Below are positions 24,115 through 32,000 of a stretch of DNA of 32,000 bases, piece by piece. Both the position numbers and the translations under genes were made by a program. Source of the DNA: Mycolicibacterium smegmatis. Lineage in GTDB: Bacteria > Actinomycetota > Actinomycetes > Mycobacteriales > Mycobacteriaceae. The stretch covers positions 6,390,001 to 6,422,000 of the forward strand of contig NZ_LN831039.1 in NCBI RefSeq assembly GCF_001457595.1. Direction: 5' to 3'. How positions within the stretch are numbered: the stretch's first letter is position 1; every line of letters begins with the position of its first letter. The notes under the pieces are model-generated. The model made no database searches, had not been told where the DNA came from, and was given only the letters and a program-made list of their open reading frames with translations.

Positions 24115-24917
24115 CCTTCTACCGTATGCGACGGCGCTCCGCCTTCGTAGCCGACTCCGGAACTCCTTGCAGATGCATTCGGTGTCCGCGATTCGAGGGC
24201 CACCTCGTCGCCCAGGAACGGCTGCGGCATCTGTCCGCGACCGGACCGGCGGCCCCGCAGGCGTCCGGCGCCGGGCACCGACAGCCACACCGCGAACGCC
24301 AGCGCGGCGTCGAGGATCAGCGCCAGCGCCGTCACCATGATGGCGCCGACCAGCGCGATGTGGAACTCGCGGATCTTGATGCCGTCGATGAGGTAGCGGC
24401 CCAGCCCGCCGAGGCTCGCGTATGCCGCGACCGTCGCGGTCGCGACGATCTGCAGGGTCGACGTGCGCAGACCACCGAGGATCAGCGGCAGCGCGTTGGG
24501 TACCTCGACGCGCAGCAGGATGCGGCTCTCGGTCATGCCCATCGACCGGGCCGCGTCCACCACGGTCCGTTCGACGTTGGCGACGCCGGCGTAGGTGCCG
24601 GCGAGCAGCGGCGGGATGCCCAGCAGCATCAGCGCGACCGTGGGCGGCACCAGGCCCAGCCCCCACAGCAGCACGCCGAGCAGCAGAACCCCCAGTGTGG
24701 GCAGGGCACGCAGCGCGTTGACGCCGGTGACCACCAGGAAGGTGCCACGGCCGGTGTGCCCGATGACCATGCCGAGCGGCACCGCGATCAGCGCCGAGAA
24801 GAACACCGCGACCGCCGTGTACTCCAGGTGTTCGACGATGCGCGCGCCCAGGCCCGACGGGCCGGCCCAGTTCTCGGCGGTGAAGATGAACGCCAGCGCC
24901 TGCTGCAGGAAGTTCAT
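24111..24917 (-). CDS. proZ: Osmoprotectant/glycine betaine ABC transporter permease
   Basis: 268 aa permease; 'NALRALPTLGVLLLGV...ARSMGMTESRILLRVEVPNALPLILGGLRTSTLQIVATATVAAYASLGGLG'. Confidence 0.92.
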   Translation of the reverse strand: MNFLQQALAFIFTAENWAGPSGLGARIVEHLEYTAVAVFFSALIAVPLGMVIGHTGRGTFLVVTGVNALRALPTLGVLLLGVLLWGLGLVPPTVALMLLGIPPLLAGTYAGVANVERTVVDAARSMGMTESRILLRVEVPNALPLILGGLRTSTLQIVATATVAAYASLGGLGRYLIDGIKIREFHIALVGAIMVTALALILDAALAFAVWLSVPGAGRLRGRRSGRGQMPQPFLGDEVALESRTPNASARSSGVGYEGGAPSHTVEG

Positions 24918-25558
24918 GCGGTGACCTCCGCCCGGTTCCAGGGTGCGATGAGCTTGCCCGCCAGCATGATCAGGGTGTCGACGACGATCGCGAGCACGAA
25001 GATCGCGATGATGCCCGCGATGATCTGGCTGCTCTTGTTGGACTGGTAACCCTCGGTGAACCACGTGCCCAGCCCGCCGATGCCGATCACCGAGCCCACC
25101 GAGACCATCGAGATGTTGGTGACCGCGACCACGCGCAGGCTCGCGACGAGCACCGGGATCGACAGCGGCAGTTCGACTTTGAGCATCCGCGTCAGCGGAC
25201 GGTAGCCGACGGCGGTCGCGGCGTCGCGTACGTGCTCGGGCACGGCGTCGAGGGCCTCGGGGACCGCGCGCACCAGCAGTGCGGTGGTGTAGAGCGTGAG
25301 CGCGACGATGACGTTGGCCTCGTCGAGGATCCGGGTCGGGATGATCAGCGGCAGCGCCACGAACAGCGCCAATGACGGGATGGTGAAGATGATGCTCGCC
25401 GCGACCGTGGTGAGCCGTCGCAACGTCGTGGTGCGCTGCACCAGCGCACCCAGTGGCACCGCGATCAGCAGGCCCAGCACGATCGGCACGAGCGACAACC
25501 GCAGGTGGATGACCGTCAGCTCCCACAGGTCGTCGAGGTGGGTGAGCAGGTACCGCAT
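24914..25558 (-). CDS. proW: Osmoprotectant/glycine betaine ABC transporter permease
   Basis: 214 aa; 'DAATAVGYRPLTRMLKVELPLSIPVLVASLRVVAVTNISMVSVGSVIG'. Confidence 0.92.
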   Translation of the reverse strand: MRYLLTHLDDLWELTVIHLRLSLVPIVLGLLIAVPLGALVQRTTTLRRLTTVAASIIFTIPSLALFVALPLIIPTRILDEANVIVALTLYTTALLVRAVPEALDAVPEHVRDAATAVGYRPLTRMLKVELPLSIPVLVASLRVVAVTNISMVSVGSVIGIGGLGTWFTEGYQSNKSSQIIAGIIAIFVLAIVVDTLIMLAGKLIAPWNRAEVTA

Positions 25559-26664
25559 CAGAGTTCGGGGATCTGTCGCTGCTCGGCGAGGGCGGCCAGG
25601 ACGTCGTCGGCGCGCACGCCGCCGATCACGTGGTCGTCGGCGTCGACCGCGACACCGAGACCGGACGGCGACGACAGCGCGGCGTCGAGCGCGTGGCGCA
25701 GCGTGCCGTCCGGACGGAACAGCGATCCGCCCGCGATCGTGCTGTCGTACAACGATTTTCCGCTGCGGTGCACCTCGACGCCCTCGGCGTTGATCCACGC
25801 GTATGGGGAACCGTCGGGTTTGGTCACCAGCACCCAGTCGCCGGGCGCGAGGTCGAGGGAGTCGATGAGAGGCTCGGCGACGTGCCGGATCTCGTGCAGC
25901 GGAAGGCCCGTCGCGTGGAAGAACTGCAGGCCACGGTAGCCGCGGTCGGCGCCGACGAACCCGGCGACGAACTCGTTGGCCGGGTTGGACAACAACCGCG
26001 CCGGGGCGTCGTACTGCTGCAGCACGCCGCCGCGGCCGAACACCGCGACCTTGTCGCCGAGCTTGATGGCCTCGTCGATGTCATGGGTGACGAAGATGAC
26101 GGTTTTGCGCAATTCGCCTTGCAGACGGATGATCTCGGCCTGCAGATCCTCACGTACCACGGGGTCGACGGCGCTGAACGGTTCGTCCATGAGCAGGATC
26201 GGCGGATCGGCCGCGAGCGCGCGGGCCACCCCGACGCGCTGCTGCTGACCACCGGACAACTGCGCCGGATAGCGGTCGGCGAGTTTGGGATCCAGCCCGA
26301 CGCGCTCCATCACGCCGATCGCGGCCTTGCGTGCGCTGCGCCGGGATTCGCCGCGCAGCACCGGCACGGTCGCGACGTTGTCGACCACCCGCAGGTGCGG
26401 CATGAGCCCCGCACTCTGGATGACGTAACCGATGCCGAGGCGCAGTTTCACCGGGTCGACCTGGGTGACATCCTCACCGTTGACCGTCAGCGTGCCCGAG
26501 GTGGGGTCGATCATCCGGTTGACCATGCGCATCGAGGTGGTCTTGCCGCATCCGGACGGCCCCACGAACGCCGCCAGAGTGCCTTGTGGCACTTCGAGGT
26601 TGAGGTTGTCGACCGCGACCGTGCCGTCGGGGTACTGCTTGGTGACGTCGGTGAAGGTGATCAT
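25558..26664 (-). CDS. proV: Osmoprotectant/glycine betaine ABC transporter ATPase
   Basis: Walker A 'GPSGCGKTT', 'LSGGQQQRVGVARAL', 'LLMDEPF', C-terminal CBS-like region. Confidence 0.95.
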   Translation of the reverse strand: MITFTDVTKQYPDGTVAVDNLNLEVPQGTLAAFVGPSGCGKTTSMRMVNRMIDPTSGTLTVNGEDVTQVDPVKLRLGIGYVIQSAGLMPHLRVVDNVATVPVLRGESRRSARKAAIGVMERVGLDPKLADRYPAQLSGGQQQRVGVARALAADPPILLMDEPFSAVDPVVREDLQAEIIRLQGELRKTVIFVTHDIDEAIKLGDKVAVFGRGGVLQQYDAPARLLSNPANEFVAGFVGADRGYRGLQFFHATGLPLHEIRHVAEPLIDSLDLAPGDWVLVTKPDGSPYAWINAEGVEVHRSGKSLYDSTIAGGSLFRPDGTLRHALDAALSSPSGLGVAVDADDHVIGGVRADDVLAALAEQRQIPEL

Positions 26665-26674
26665 CTGCCCCCGC

Positions 26675-27616
26675 TCATCCGGTGATCGGTTTGTCGAACC
26701 CGTTGTCGGCCACCCACTTGGCCGCGGCCTCGTCGGGATCCACGCCGGCGTTGCCCTCGACCGCGGTGTTCATTTCGATCAGCGCCTCGGTGGTCAGCTT
26801 GGCGCTCACCGCGTCGAGCACGGTCTTGAGTTCGTTCGACATCTTCTGCGAGGCCACCAGCGGAACGACGTTGGCCGCGAGGAACACGTTCTTGGGGTCC
26901 TCGAGCACCACGAGGTGGTGCTGCTCGATTGCCGGGGACGTGCTGAAGATGTTGGCGGCCGTGATCGCTCCGCTGTTGAGTGCCTGCACCGTGGCGGGCC
27001 CGCCGCCGTCGCTGATCGCGACGAAGTTGGCCGGGGCGATGTCCAGACCGTACTTGGACTTCAGCCCCACCAGCCCGGTCTGCCTGGTCTGGAACTCCGA
27101 CGGCCCGCCGACTTTCACCTCGGCAGAGTGCTGCGCGAGATCCTCGATGGACTTCAGGTTCCACCGCTGCGCGGTCTCTTCGGTGACCGCGAGGGTGTCC
27201 TTGTCCTCGGCGGGTGAGGGATACAAGATCGACAGGTCACCCGGCAGCGCCTTGAACAGGCCGAGCAGCACCGCGTCCGGCGTGGTCGCGGGTGTCTCCG
27301 GCTCGAAGTACTGCAGCAGGTTTCCGGTGTACTCGGGGATCAGGTCGATCGAATGGTCCTGCACAGCCGGGATGTACGTCTCGCGACTGCCGATACCGAA
27401 CTGCCTGCCGATGTCAAAGCCGTTGGCCTCCAGCGCCTGGGCGTAGATCTCGGCGATGATCTTCGACTCAGGGAAATCGGCCGAGCCGACCCTGATGGTC
27501 TTGAGGTCACCCGAGATCTCGCCGCCGCCCAGGGGATTCGAACTGCCACAACCGGTCGCCAGCGGCGCGAACAGGGCCAGCACGAACAGAAGGACTGTCA
27601 GGGGTCGGTGCTGCAT
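26675..27616 (-). CDS. proX: Osmoprotectant/glycine betaine ABC transporter substrate-binding lipoprotein
   Basis: Lipobox 'ATGC'; 'IRVGSADFPESKIIAEIYAQALEANGFDI', 'DLIPEYTGNLLQYF'. Confidence 0.93.
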   Translation of the reverse strand: MQHRPLTVLLFVLALFAPLATGCGSSNPLGGGEISGDLKTIRVGSADFPESKIIAEIYAQALEANGFDIGRQFGIGSRETYIPAVQDHSIDLIPEYTGNLLQYFEPETPATTPDAVLLGLFKALPGDLSILYPSPAEDKDTLAVTEETAQRWNLKSIEDLAQHSAEVKVGGPSEFQTRQTGLVGLKSKYGLDIAPANFVAISDGGGPATVQALNSGAITAANIFSTSPAIEQHHLVVLEDPKNVFLAANVVPLVASQKMSNELKTVLDAVSAKLTTEALIEMNTAVEGNAGVDPDEAAAKWVADNGFDKPITG

Positions 27617-27704
27617 TGAACGTCCTTCCGACGAGGGCAGCTTGACGGACAGCTTGCGTCGACCCTAACCGCAGACCCGACATGCCGCCTCGGTTTGTCG
27701 CCCG

Positions 27705-28109
27705 GTGGTTTGCTTTGTGGACATATCGAGCAAAGATGGCTACATGACCAGCGATCTCCCCGCATCGCCCGATCAGCCGGAGCCGACGCACGGTATGCCG
27801 CCACCGCCACCGGCGCCTGGCAAACCCAAGGAGCTGGCCGCCGAGCCCAAGCTCACGCGCGCGGGCGCCCTGTGGACCGCGCTCATCATGGGTTTTCTGG
27901 TGCTGATCGTGCTGCTGATCTTCATCGCCCAGAACACCACGTCGGCCGAGTTCGCGTTCCTCGGCTGGCACTGGTCGCTACCGCTCGGGGTGGCGATCCT
28001 CGGGGCCGCCGTGGCCGGCGGCCTGCTCACGGTCGCGGCAGGCACCGCCCGCATCTTCCAGCTACGCCGCGCCGCCAAGAAGAACCTCAAGGCCGCGATG
28101 CGCGACTGA
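27705..28109 (+). CDS. LapA-domain (DUF1049) membrane protein, Rv3760-like
   Basis: Two TM helices flanking 'FIAQNTTSAEFAFLGWHWSLPLGVAILGAAVAGG'. Confidence 0.85.
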   Translation: MVCFVDISSKDGYMTSDLPASPDQPEPTHGMPPPPPAPGKPKELAAEPKLTRAGALWTALIMGFLVLIVLLIFIAQNTTSAEFAFLGWHWSLPLGVAILGAAVAGGLLTVAAGTARIFQLRRAAKKNLKAAMRD

Positions 28110-28135
28110 GCGCGCGGGCGCAGACCCGGTGACGC

Positions 28136-29149
28136 TCAGCCCAGCGCGGCAAGCCCCGCGGCGATCATCGGGGCGACGGCCTCGCCGACCTGCTCGGGTC
28201 CGTCGGCACCTTCGCGCCTGCGGTAGTCGATACCCGCGGCGATGATGGCCAGCTTGAAATAGGCCAGCGCCATGTAGAAGTCCCAGTGCGCGAGGTCGCG
28301 ACCCGACACCTTGGAGTACCGGTCGGCCAGTTCGTCGGCCGGCGGCACGAGATCCGACGACCAGGCCGCGTCGGTGTGGATGTGCCCGAACATCGGGTTG
28401 CGGTACACGCACATCAGCGCGGCGTCGCTGAGCGGATCGCCCAGCGTGGACATCTCCCAGTCCAGCACGGCGCGCACCACGGTCGCGTCCTCGGCGTCGA
28501 GGACCGTGTTGTCGATGCGGTAGTCGCCGTGCACGATCGACGTCCCGCTCTGCGGCGGGACCGCGTCGGCGAGCGCGGCGTGCAGGCGGCGCACGTCGTC
28601 GTCGCGCGCGTCGTCGGGAAGGCGTACGTGCTCCCACTGCGAGCCCCAGCGGCGCACCTGGCGCTCCAGGTAACCGTCGGGCTTGCCGAAATCGCCGAGG
28701 CCGACGGCGTACGGGTCCACTGCGTGCAGGTCGCTCAATGCCTTGATAAGCGCGTCGATGCAGTTGTCGATCACGGTCTGATCGCCGAGGGCGGCCAGCT
28801 CGGCGGCGGTGCGCACGACGCGGCCGTCGACGTGGTCGACCATCTGGAAGGGCGCGCCCAGGACGGAGTCGTCGTTGCGCATCGTGACCGCGCGCGCGAC
28901 CGGCACCGGGGTGCCTGCCAGGGCCGCGACGACGCGGTACTCACGCGCCATGTCGTGCGCCGACGGGGTGAGGCCGTGCAGCGGCGGGCGCCGCAAAACC
29001 CACTTCGAGGCGTCGTCGAACACCAGGAACGTCAGGTTCGACCGGCCGCCGGCGATCAGTTCGGCGCGCAGGTCGCCCGCTCGGGCGATTCCCTCGGCAC
29101 GGAGGTGGCGGTCGAGGGCGTCGAGGTCAAGGCCTTCCAGCGAAGTCAC
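28136..29149 (-). CDS. Phosphotransferase (APH) family protein, Rv3761c-like
   Basis: 'GRSNLTFLVFDDASKWVLRRPP', 'IVHGDYRIDNTV' (Brenner motif), 'VLDWEMSTLGDPLSD'. Confidence 0.93.
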   Translation of the reverse strand: MTSLEGLDLDALDRHLRAEGIARAGDLRAELIAGGRSNLTFLVFDDASKWVLRRPPLHGLTPSAHDMAREYRVVAALAGTPVPVARAVTMRNDDSVLGAPFQMVDHVDGRVVRTAAELAALGDQTVIDNCIDALIKALSDLHAVDPYAVGLGDFGKPDGYLERQVRRWGSQWEHVRLPDDARDDDVRRLHAALADAVPPQSGTSIVHGDYRIDNTVLDAEDATVVRAVLDWEMSTLGDPLSDAALMCVYRNPMFGHIHTDAAWSSDLVPPADELADRYSKVSGRDLAHWDFYMALAYFKLAIIAAGIDYRRREGADGPEQVGEAVAPMIAAGLAALG

Positions 29150-29158
29150 GGAAACTGT

Positions 29159-29767
29159 TTACCACCGCGCGTTTCGCGGCAGGAGATCCCATACGTGTTC
29201 GGTGCTGTTGACCGAGGCCACCGACAGCCGCCCCGACCTCGAGGCCAGCACACGGGTGACCGAGGCGTAGTCGATGTGGAACGACAGCAACCGCTCGGTC
29301 TTGAGGATCCCGTGCAACGCCACGTTGATCACGCCGCCGTGGCTGAACACCGCCACGGTGTCCTCGTGGTTGCCCGCAGCCACCAGGTCGTCGAACGCGG
29401 CGCCGATCCGGCCCGCGAACTCCTCCTCGTCGACGCCGCTGGGCAGGTGACCGCCGGCCAGCCGGGCGAGTTCGGCGGGGTTCTCCTGCGCGATCTGTTC
29501 GATCGGCACGTAGTGCGACATGTCGCGGTCGTACTCGGCGAGCCGCTCGTCGATCTCCACGGGCAGCCCCAGCGCTCCGGCGAGCGGTTCACCGGTCTGC
29601 ACGGCGCGCCGTTGCGGACTGCTCACGACCCGCGTGACCGGGAATCGCTTGAGCGCGTCGGGCAGGCGAACGGCCTGTTGCAGGCCGATCTCCGACAGCA
29701 CGGGATCGGAACCCTGGCCGGGTTCGCTGCGCAGCGGCAGAGCGTGTCGGATCAAAAGCAGTTGCAC
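29159..29767 (-). CDS. Histidine phosphatase family protein
   Basis: N-terminal 'LLLIRHALP' RH motif; 'VVSSPQRRAVQTGEPLA'; 'VAVFSHGGVINVAL'. Confidence 0.9.
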   Translation of the reverse strand: MQLLLIRHALPLRSEPGQGSDPVLSEIGLQQAVRLPDALKRFPVTRVVSSPQRRAVQTGEPLAGALGLPVEIDERLAEYDRDMSHYVPIEQIAQENPAELARLAGGHLPSGVDEEEFAGRIGAAFDDLVAAGNHEDTVAVFSHGGVINVALHGILKTERLLSFHIDYASVTRVLASRSGRLSVASVNSTEHVWDLLPRNARW

Positions 29768-29840
29768 CGTGTCACCATATGGCAGTCTTCGTCCAACGAG
29801 TCAGCCGTGCCAGTCAGGCATACCAGGGACAGGAGCTGTA

Positions 29841-30596
29841 ATGGGTTACGCCGACCAGCTTTTCGACCTCACCGACCGCGTCGTGCTGATCACCGGCGGC
29901 AGCCGCGGCCTGGGGCGGGAGATGGCGTTCGGTGCCGCCCGCTGCGGTGCCGACGTGATCATCGCGAGCCGCAACCTCGATTCGTGCGTGGTCACCGCCG
30001 AGGAGATCGCATCGGAGACAGGGCGAACGGCGTTCCCGTACTCGGTGCACGTGGGCCACTGGGACGAACTCGACGGGCTCGTCGACGCCGCGTACGAACG
30101 GTTCGGCAAGGTCGACGTGCTGGTGAACAACGCGGGCATGTCGCCGCTGTACGAGTCGTTGAGCGCGGTCACCGAGAAGCTCTACGACGCGGTGTTCAAC
30201 CTCAACCTGAAAGGACCGTTCCGGCTCTCGGCGCTGATCGGTGAGCGCATGGTCGCCGACGGTGGCGGCCGGATCATCAACGTCAGTTCGTCGGGGTCGT
30301 TGCGGCCCGACCAGTACATGCTGCCGTATGCCGCGGCCAAAGCCGGGCTCAACGTGCTCACCGAGGGGCTCGCCAAGGCGTACGGCCCCACGGTGCGGGT
30401 CAACACGTTGATGGCCGGGCCGTTCCTCACCGACGTGAGCAGGGCGTGGAACATGTCCGGCGACCCGTTCTCGCACCTGGCGCTGCGGCGCGCCGGTGAT
30501 CCGCGCGAGATCGTCGGTGCGGCGCTGTTCCTGATGTCGGACGCCTCGAGTTTCACCACAGGCTCGATCGTGCGTGCCGACGGCGGCCTGCCCTAG
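29841..30596 (+). CDS. Short-chain dehydrogenase/reductase (SDR)
   Basis: 'TGGSRGLG', 'NNAG', 'YAAAK' motifs; 251 aa. Confidence 0.95.
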   Translation: MGYADQLFDLTDRVVLITGGSRGLGREMAFGAARCGADVIIASRNLDSCVVTAEEIASETGRTAFPYSVHVGHWDELDGLVDAAYERFGKVDVLVNNAGMSPLYESLSAVTEKLYDAVFNLNLKGPFRLSALIGERMVADGGGRIINVSSSGSLRPDQYMLPYAAAKAGLNVLTEGLAKAYGPTVRVNTLMAGPFLTDVSRAWNMSGDPFSHLALRRAGDPREIVGAALFLMSDASSFTTGSIVRADGGLP

Positions 30597-32000
30597 GGCG
30601 TGACGATGCTGAAGTTCGGGTCGGGCCGGTCGAGCACGCGCAGGAACGACTGCAGCACGTCAGGGGCACCGGTGACCTGAAGTCCGGGCATCGCGGTGTC
30701 GCCGATGAAGAAGGTCAGCAGCCGCATCCTGTCGGCGACGGTCACGCTGGCGTGCGCACTCGACGGATCCGGCTCGGTTCTGCGGTGCACCAGTACCCCG
30801 TTGCGCAGCGTCAGCCGGTAGGTATCGCCGGTGTCGGCGAACGTGACGTCGATGGCGAGGTCGAGATCCCATGCGCGCGGCCCGTTCACGTTGATGGCGA
30901 CCGCGTCGAAGATCTGCTCGGGTGTCAGCTGGGCGAGCAGTGTGGGCGAGGACGGCGCGGTCGGGGTGCCGAACTTGCCGTCACGCAACTCGGTGGCGCC
31001 GCCGAGGAAGAAGTTGCGCCAGACCGCGTTCTCGGCGCCGTAGGCGAGCTGTTCGAGCACCTCGGCGTACAGCGCGCGTGCGCCGCGATGGTGCTCATCG
31101 GTGAACACCGCATGGTCCAACAGCGTTGCCGCCCAGCGGTAGTCACCACTGTCGAAGGCGCGCCGCGCCAGCTCTACGACACGGTCGATGCCGCCCATCG
31201 CGTCGACGTAGCGCGGGCCGAGCGCCTCGGGCGGATGCTGCCACAACCGGCCGGGGTTGCCGTCGAACCAGCCCATGTAGCGCTGGTAGACCGCTTTGAC
31301 GTTGTGGCTGACCGATCCGTAGTAGCCGTGCGTGTGCCACGCGGCCTGTAACGCGGGCGGGAGCTCGAACTGCTCGGCGATCTCGATCCCGGTGTGCCCC
31401 TGGTTGATCAGACGCAACGTCTGGTCGTGCAGGTAGGCGTACAGATCTCGTTGCAGCGAAAGGTATTCGACGATGTTGTCGCGTCCCCACGTGGGCCAGT
31501 GGTGGGATGCGAACACCACGTCGGTGCGGTCGGCGAAACTGTCGATGGCCTCGGTGAGATATCCCGCCCAGCCGTGCGGGTCGCGCACCAGCGCGCCACG
31601 CAGGGTCAGGAGATTGTGCAGATTGTGGGTCGCGTTCTCCGCCATGCACAACGCCCGGAATTTCGGGAAATAGAAGTGCATCTCCGCAGGCGCCTCGGTG
31701 CCGGGCGCCATCTGGAACTCGATGTCGACACCGTCGATCGAGTGGATCTCCCCGGTTTCGCGGATGTCGAGGGTCGGCACGATCAGCGCCACCTCCCCCG
31801 TCGACGGCACCTGCCCCAGACCGCAACCCACCTGCCCCAGGGGCCCGCGGGCCAGCGCGGCGCCGTACATGTAGGCCGCGCGCCGCGCCATCGCCGTTCC
31901 CGCATACACGTTCTCCTGCACCGCGTGCGTGGTGAAGTGCTCGGGGGCGATCACCACGACCCTGCCCGCGTCCACGTCGGCCTGGGTTGTCACACCGAGC
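30593..32000 (-). CDS. Alkyl sulfatase-like metallo-beta-lactamase fold protein, partial (Rv3762c-like)
   Basis: 'QGHTGIEIAEQFELPPALQAAWHTHGYYGSVSHNVKAVYQRYMGWFDGNPGRLWQHPP' is an alkyl sulfatase dimerisation-domain signature; frame is open to the window edge. Confidence 0.9.
   Translation of the reverse strand, partial: LGVTTQADVDAGRVVVIAPEHFTTHAVQENVYAGTAMARRAAYMYGAALARGPLGQVGCGLGQVPSTGEVALIVPTLDIRETGEIHSIDGVDIEFQMAPGTEAPAEMHFYFPKFRALCMAENATHNLHNLLTLRGALVRDPHGWAGYLTEAIDSFADRTDVVFASHHWPTWGRDNIVEYLSLQRDLYAYLHDQTLRLINQGHTGIEIAEQFELPPALQAAWHTHGYYGSVSHNVKAVYQRYMGWFDGNPGRLWQHPPEALGPRYVDAMGGIDRVVELARRAFDSGDYRWAATLLDHAVFTDEHHRGARALYAEVLEQLAYGAENAVWRNFFLGGATELRDGKFGTPTAPSSPTLLAQLTPEQIFDAVAINVNGPRAWDLDLAIDVTFADTGDTYRLTLRNGVLVHRRTEPDPSSAHASVTVADRMRLLTFFIGDTAMPGLQVTGAPDVLQSFLRVLDRPDPNFSIVTP

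Noticed and set aside
23512-24666. 384-aa minus-strand ORF taken at full length
   Set aside because: Only the part from GTG 24114 is credible; the upstream extension overlaps proZ in another frame.
28286-30244. 652-aa plus-strand ORF
   Set aside because: Antisense to the well-supported phosphotransferase and histidine phosphatase genes; low-complexity R/H/G/V-rich product typical of GC-rich shadow frames.

Overview
This is a high-GC window from a fast-growing mycobacterium (gene content resembles Mycolicibacterium smegmatis). It has three parts.

(1) 1-10.63 kb, chromosomal: end of an SGNH hydrolase; a penicillin-binding lipoprotein; a B12-dependent diol/glycerol dehydratase operon with fused large+medium subunit, small subunit and DdrA reactivase; a WS/DGAT acyltransferase; a small membrane protein; an alpha-dioxygenase-like heme peroxidase; and a Ddn-family protein.

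(2) 10.665-21.328 kb, a precisely bounded integrative element of about 10.64 kb inserted at the 3' end of tRNA-Ser(CGA). It has a 27-bp direct repeat as attL/attR, a tyrosine integrase, an excisionase-like protein, small phage genes, a scaffold-like protein and an HK97-type capsid. No terminase, portal, protease, tail or lysis genes are recognisable. This looks like a minimal prophage or capsid-encoding phage satellite, broadly comparable to phiRv1/phiRv2. Its attL-proximal half carries cargo: a 1337-aa protein combining an Mrr-like PD-(D/E)xK domain, a superfamily 2 helicase and ten tandem Helicase-Associated repeats, followed by a VapB45/VapC45-like toxin-antitoxin pair. This is the best candidate here for an undescribed (anti-phage) system.

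(3) 21.3-32 kb, chromosomal, colinear with M. tuberculosis Rv3752c-Rv3762c as I recall it: tadA, a deaminase-associated protein, tyrA, a glycolipid-binding protein, proZ-proW-proV-proX, a LapA-domain protein, a phosphotransferase, a histidine phosphatase, an SDR and an alkyl sulfatase.

All assignments come from reading the sequence and motifs; no searches were run.
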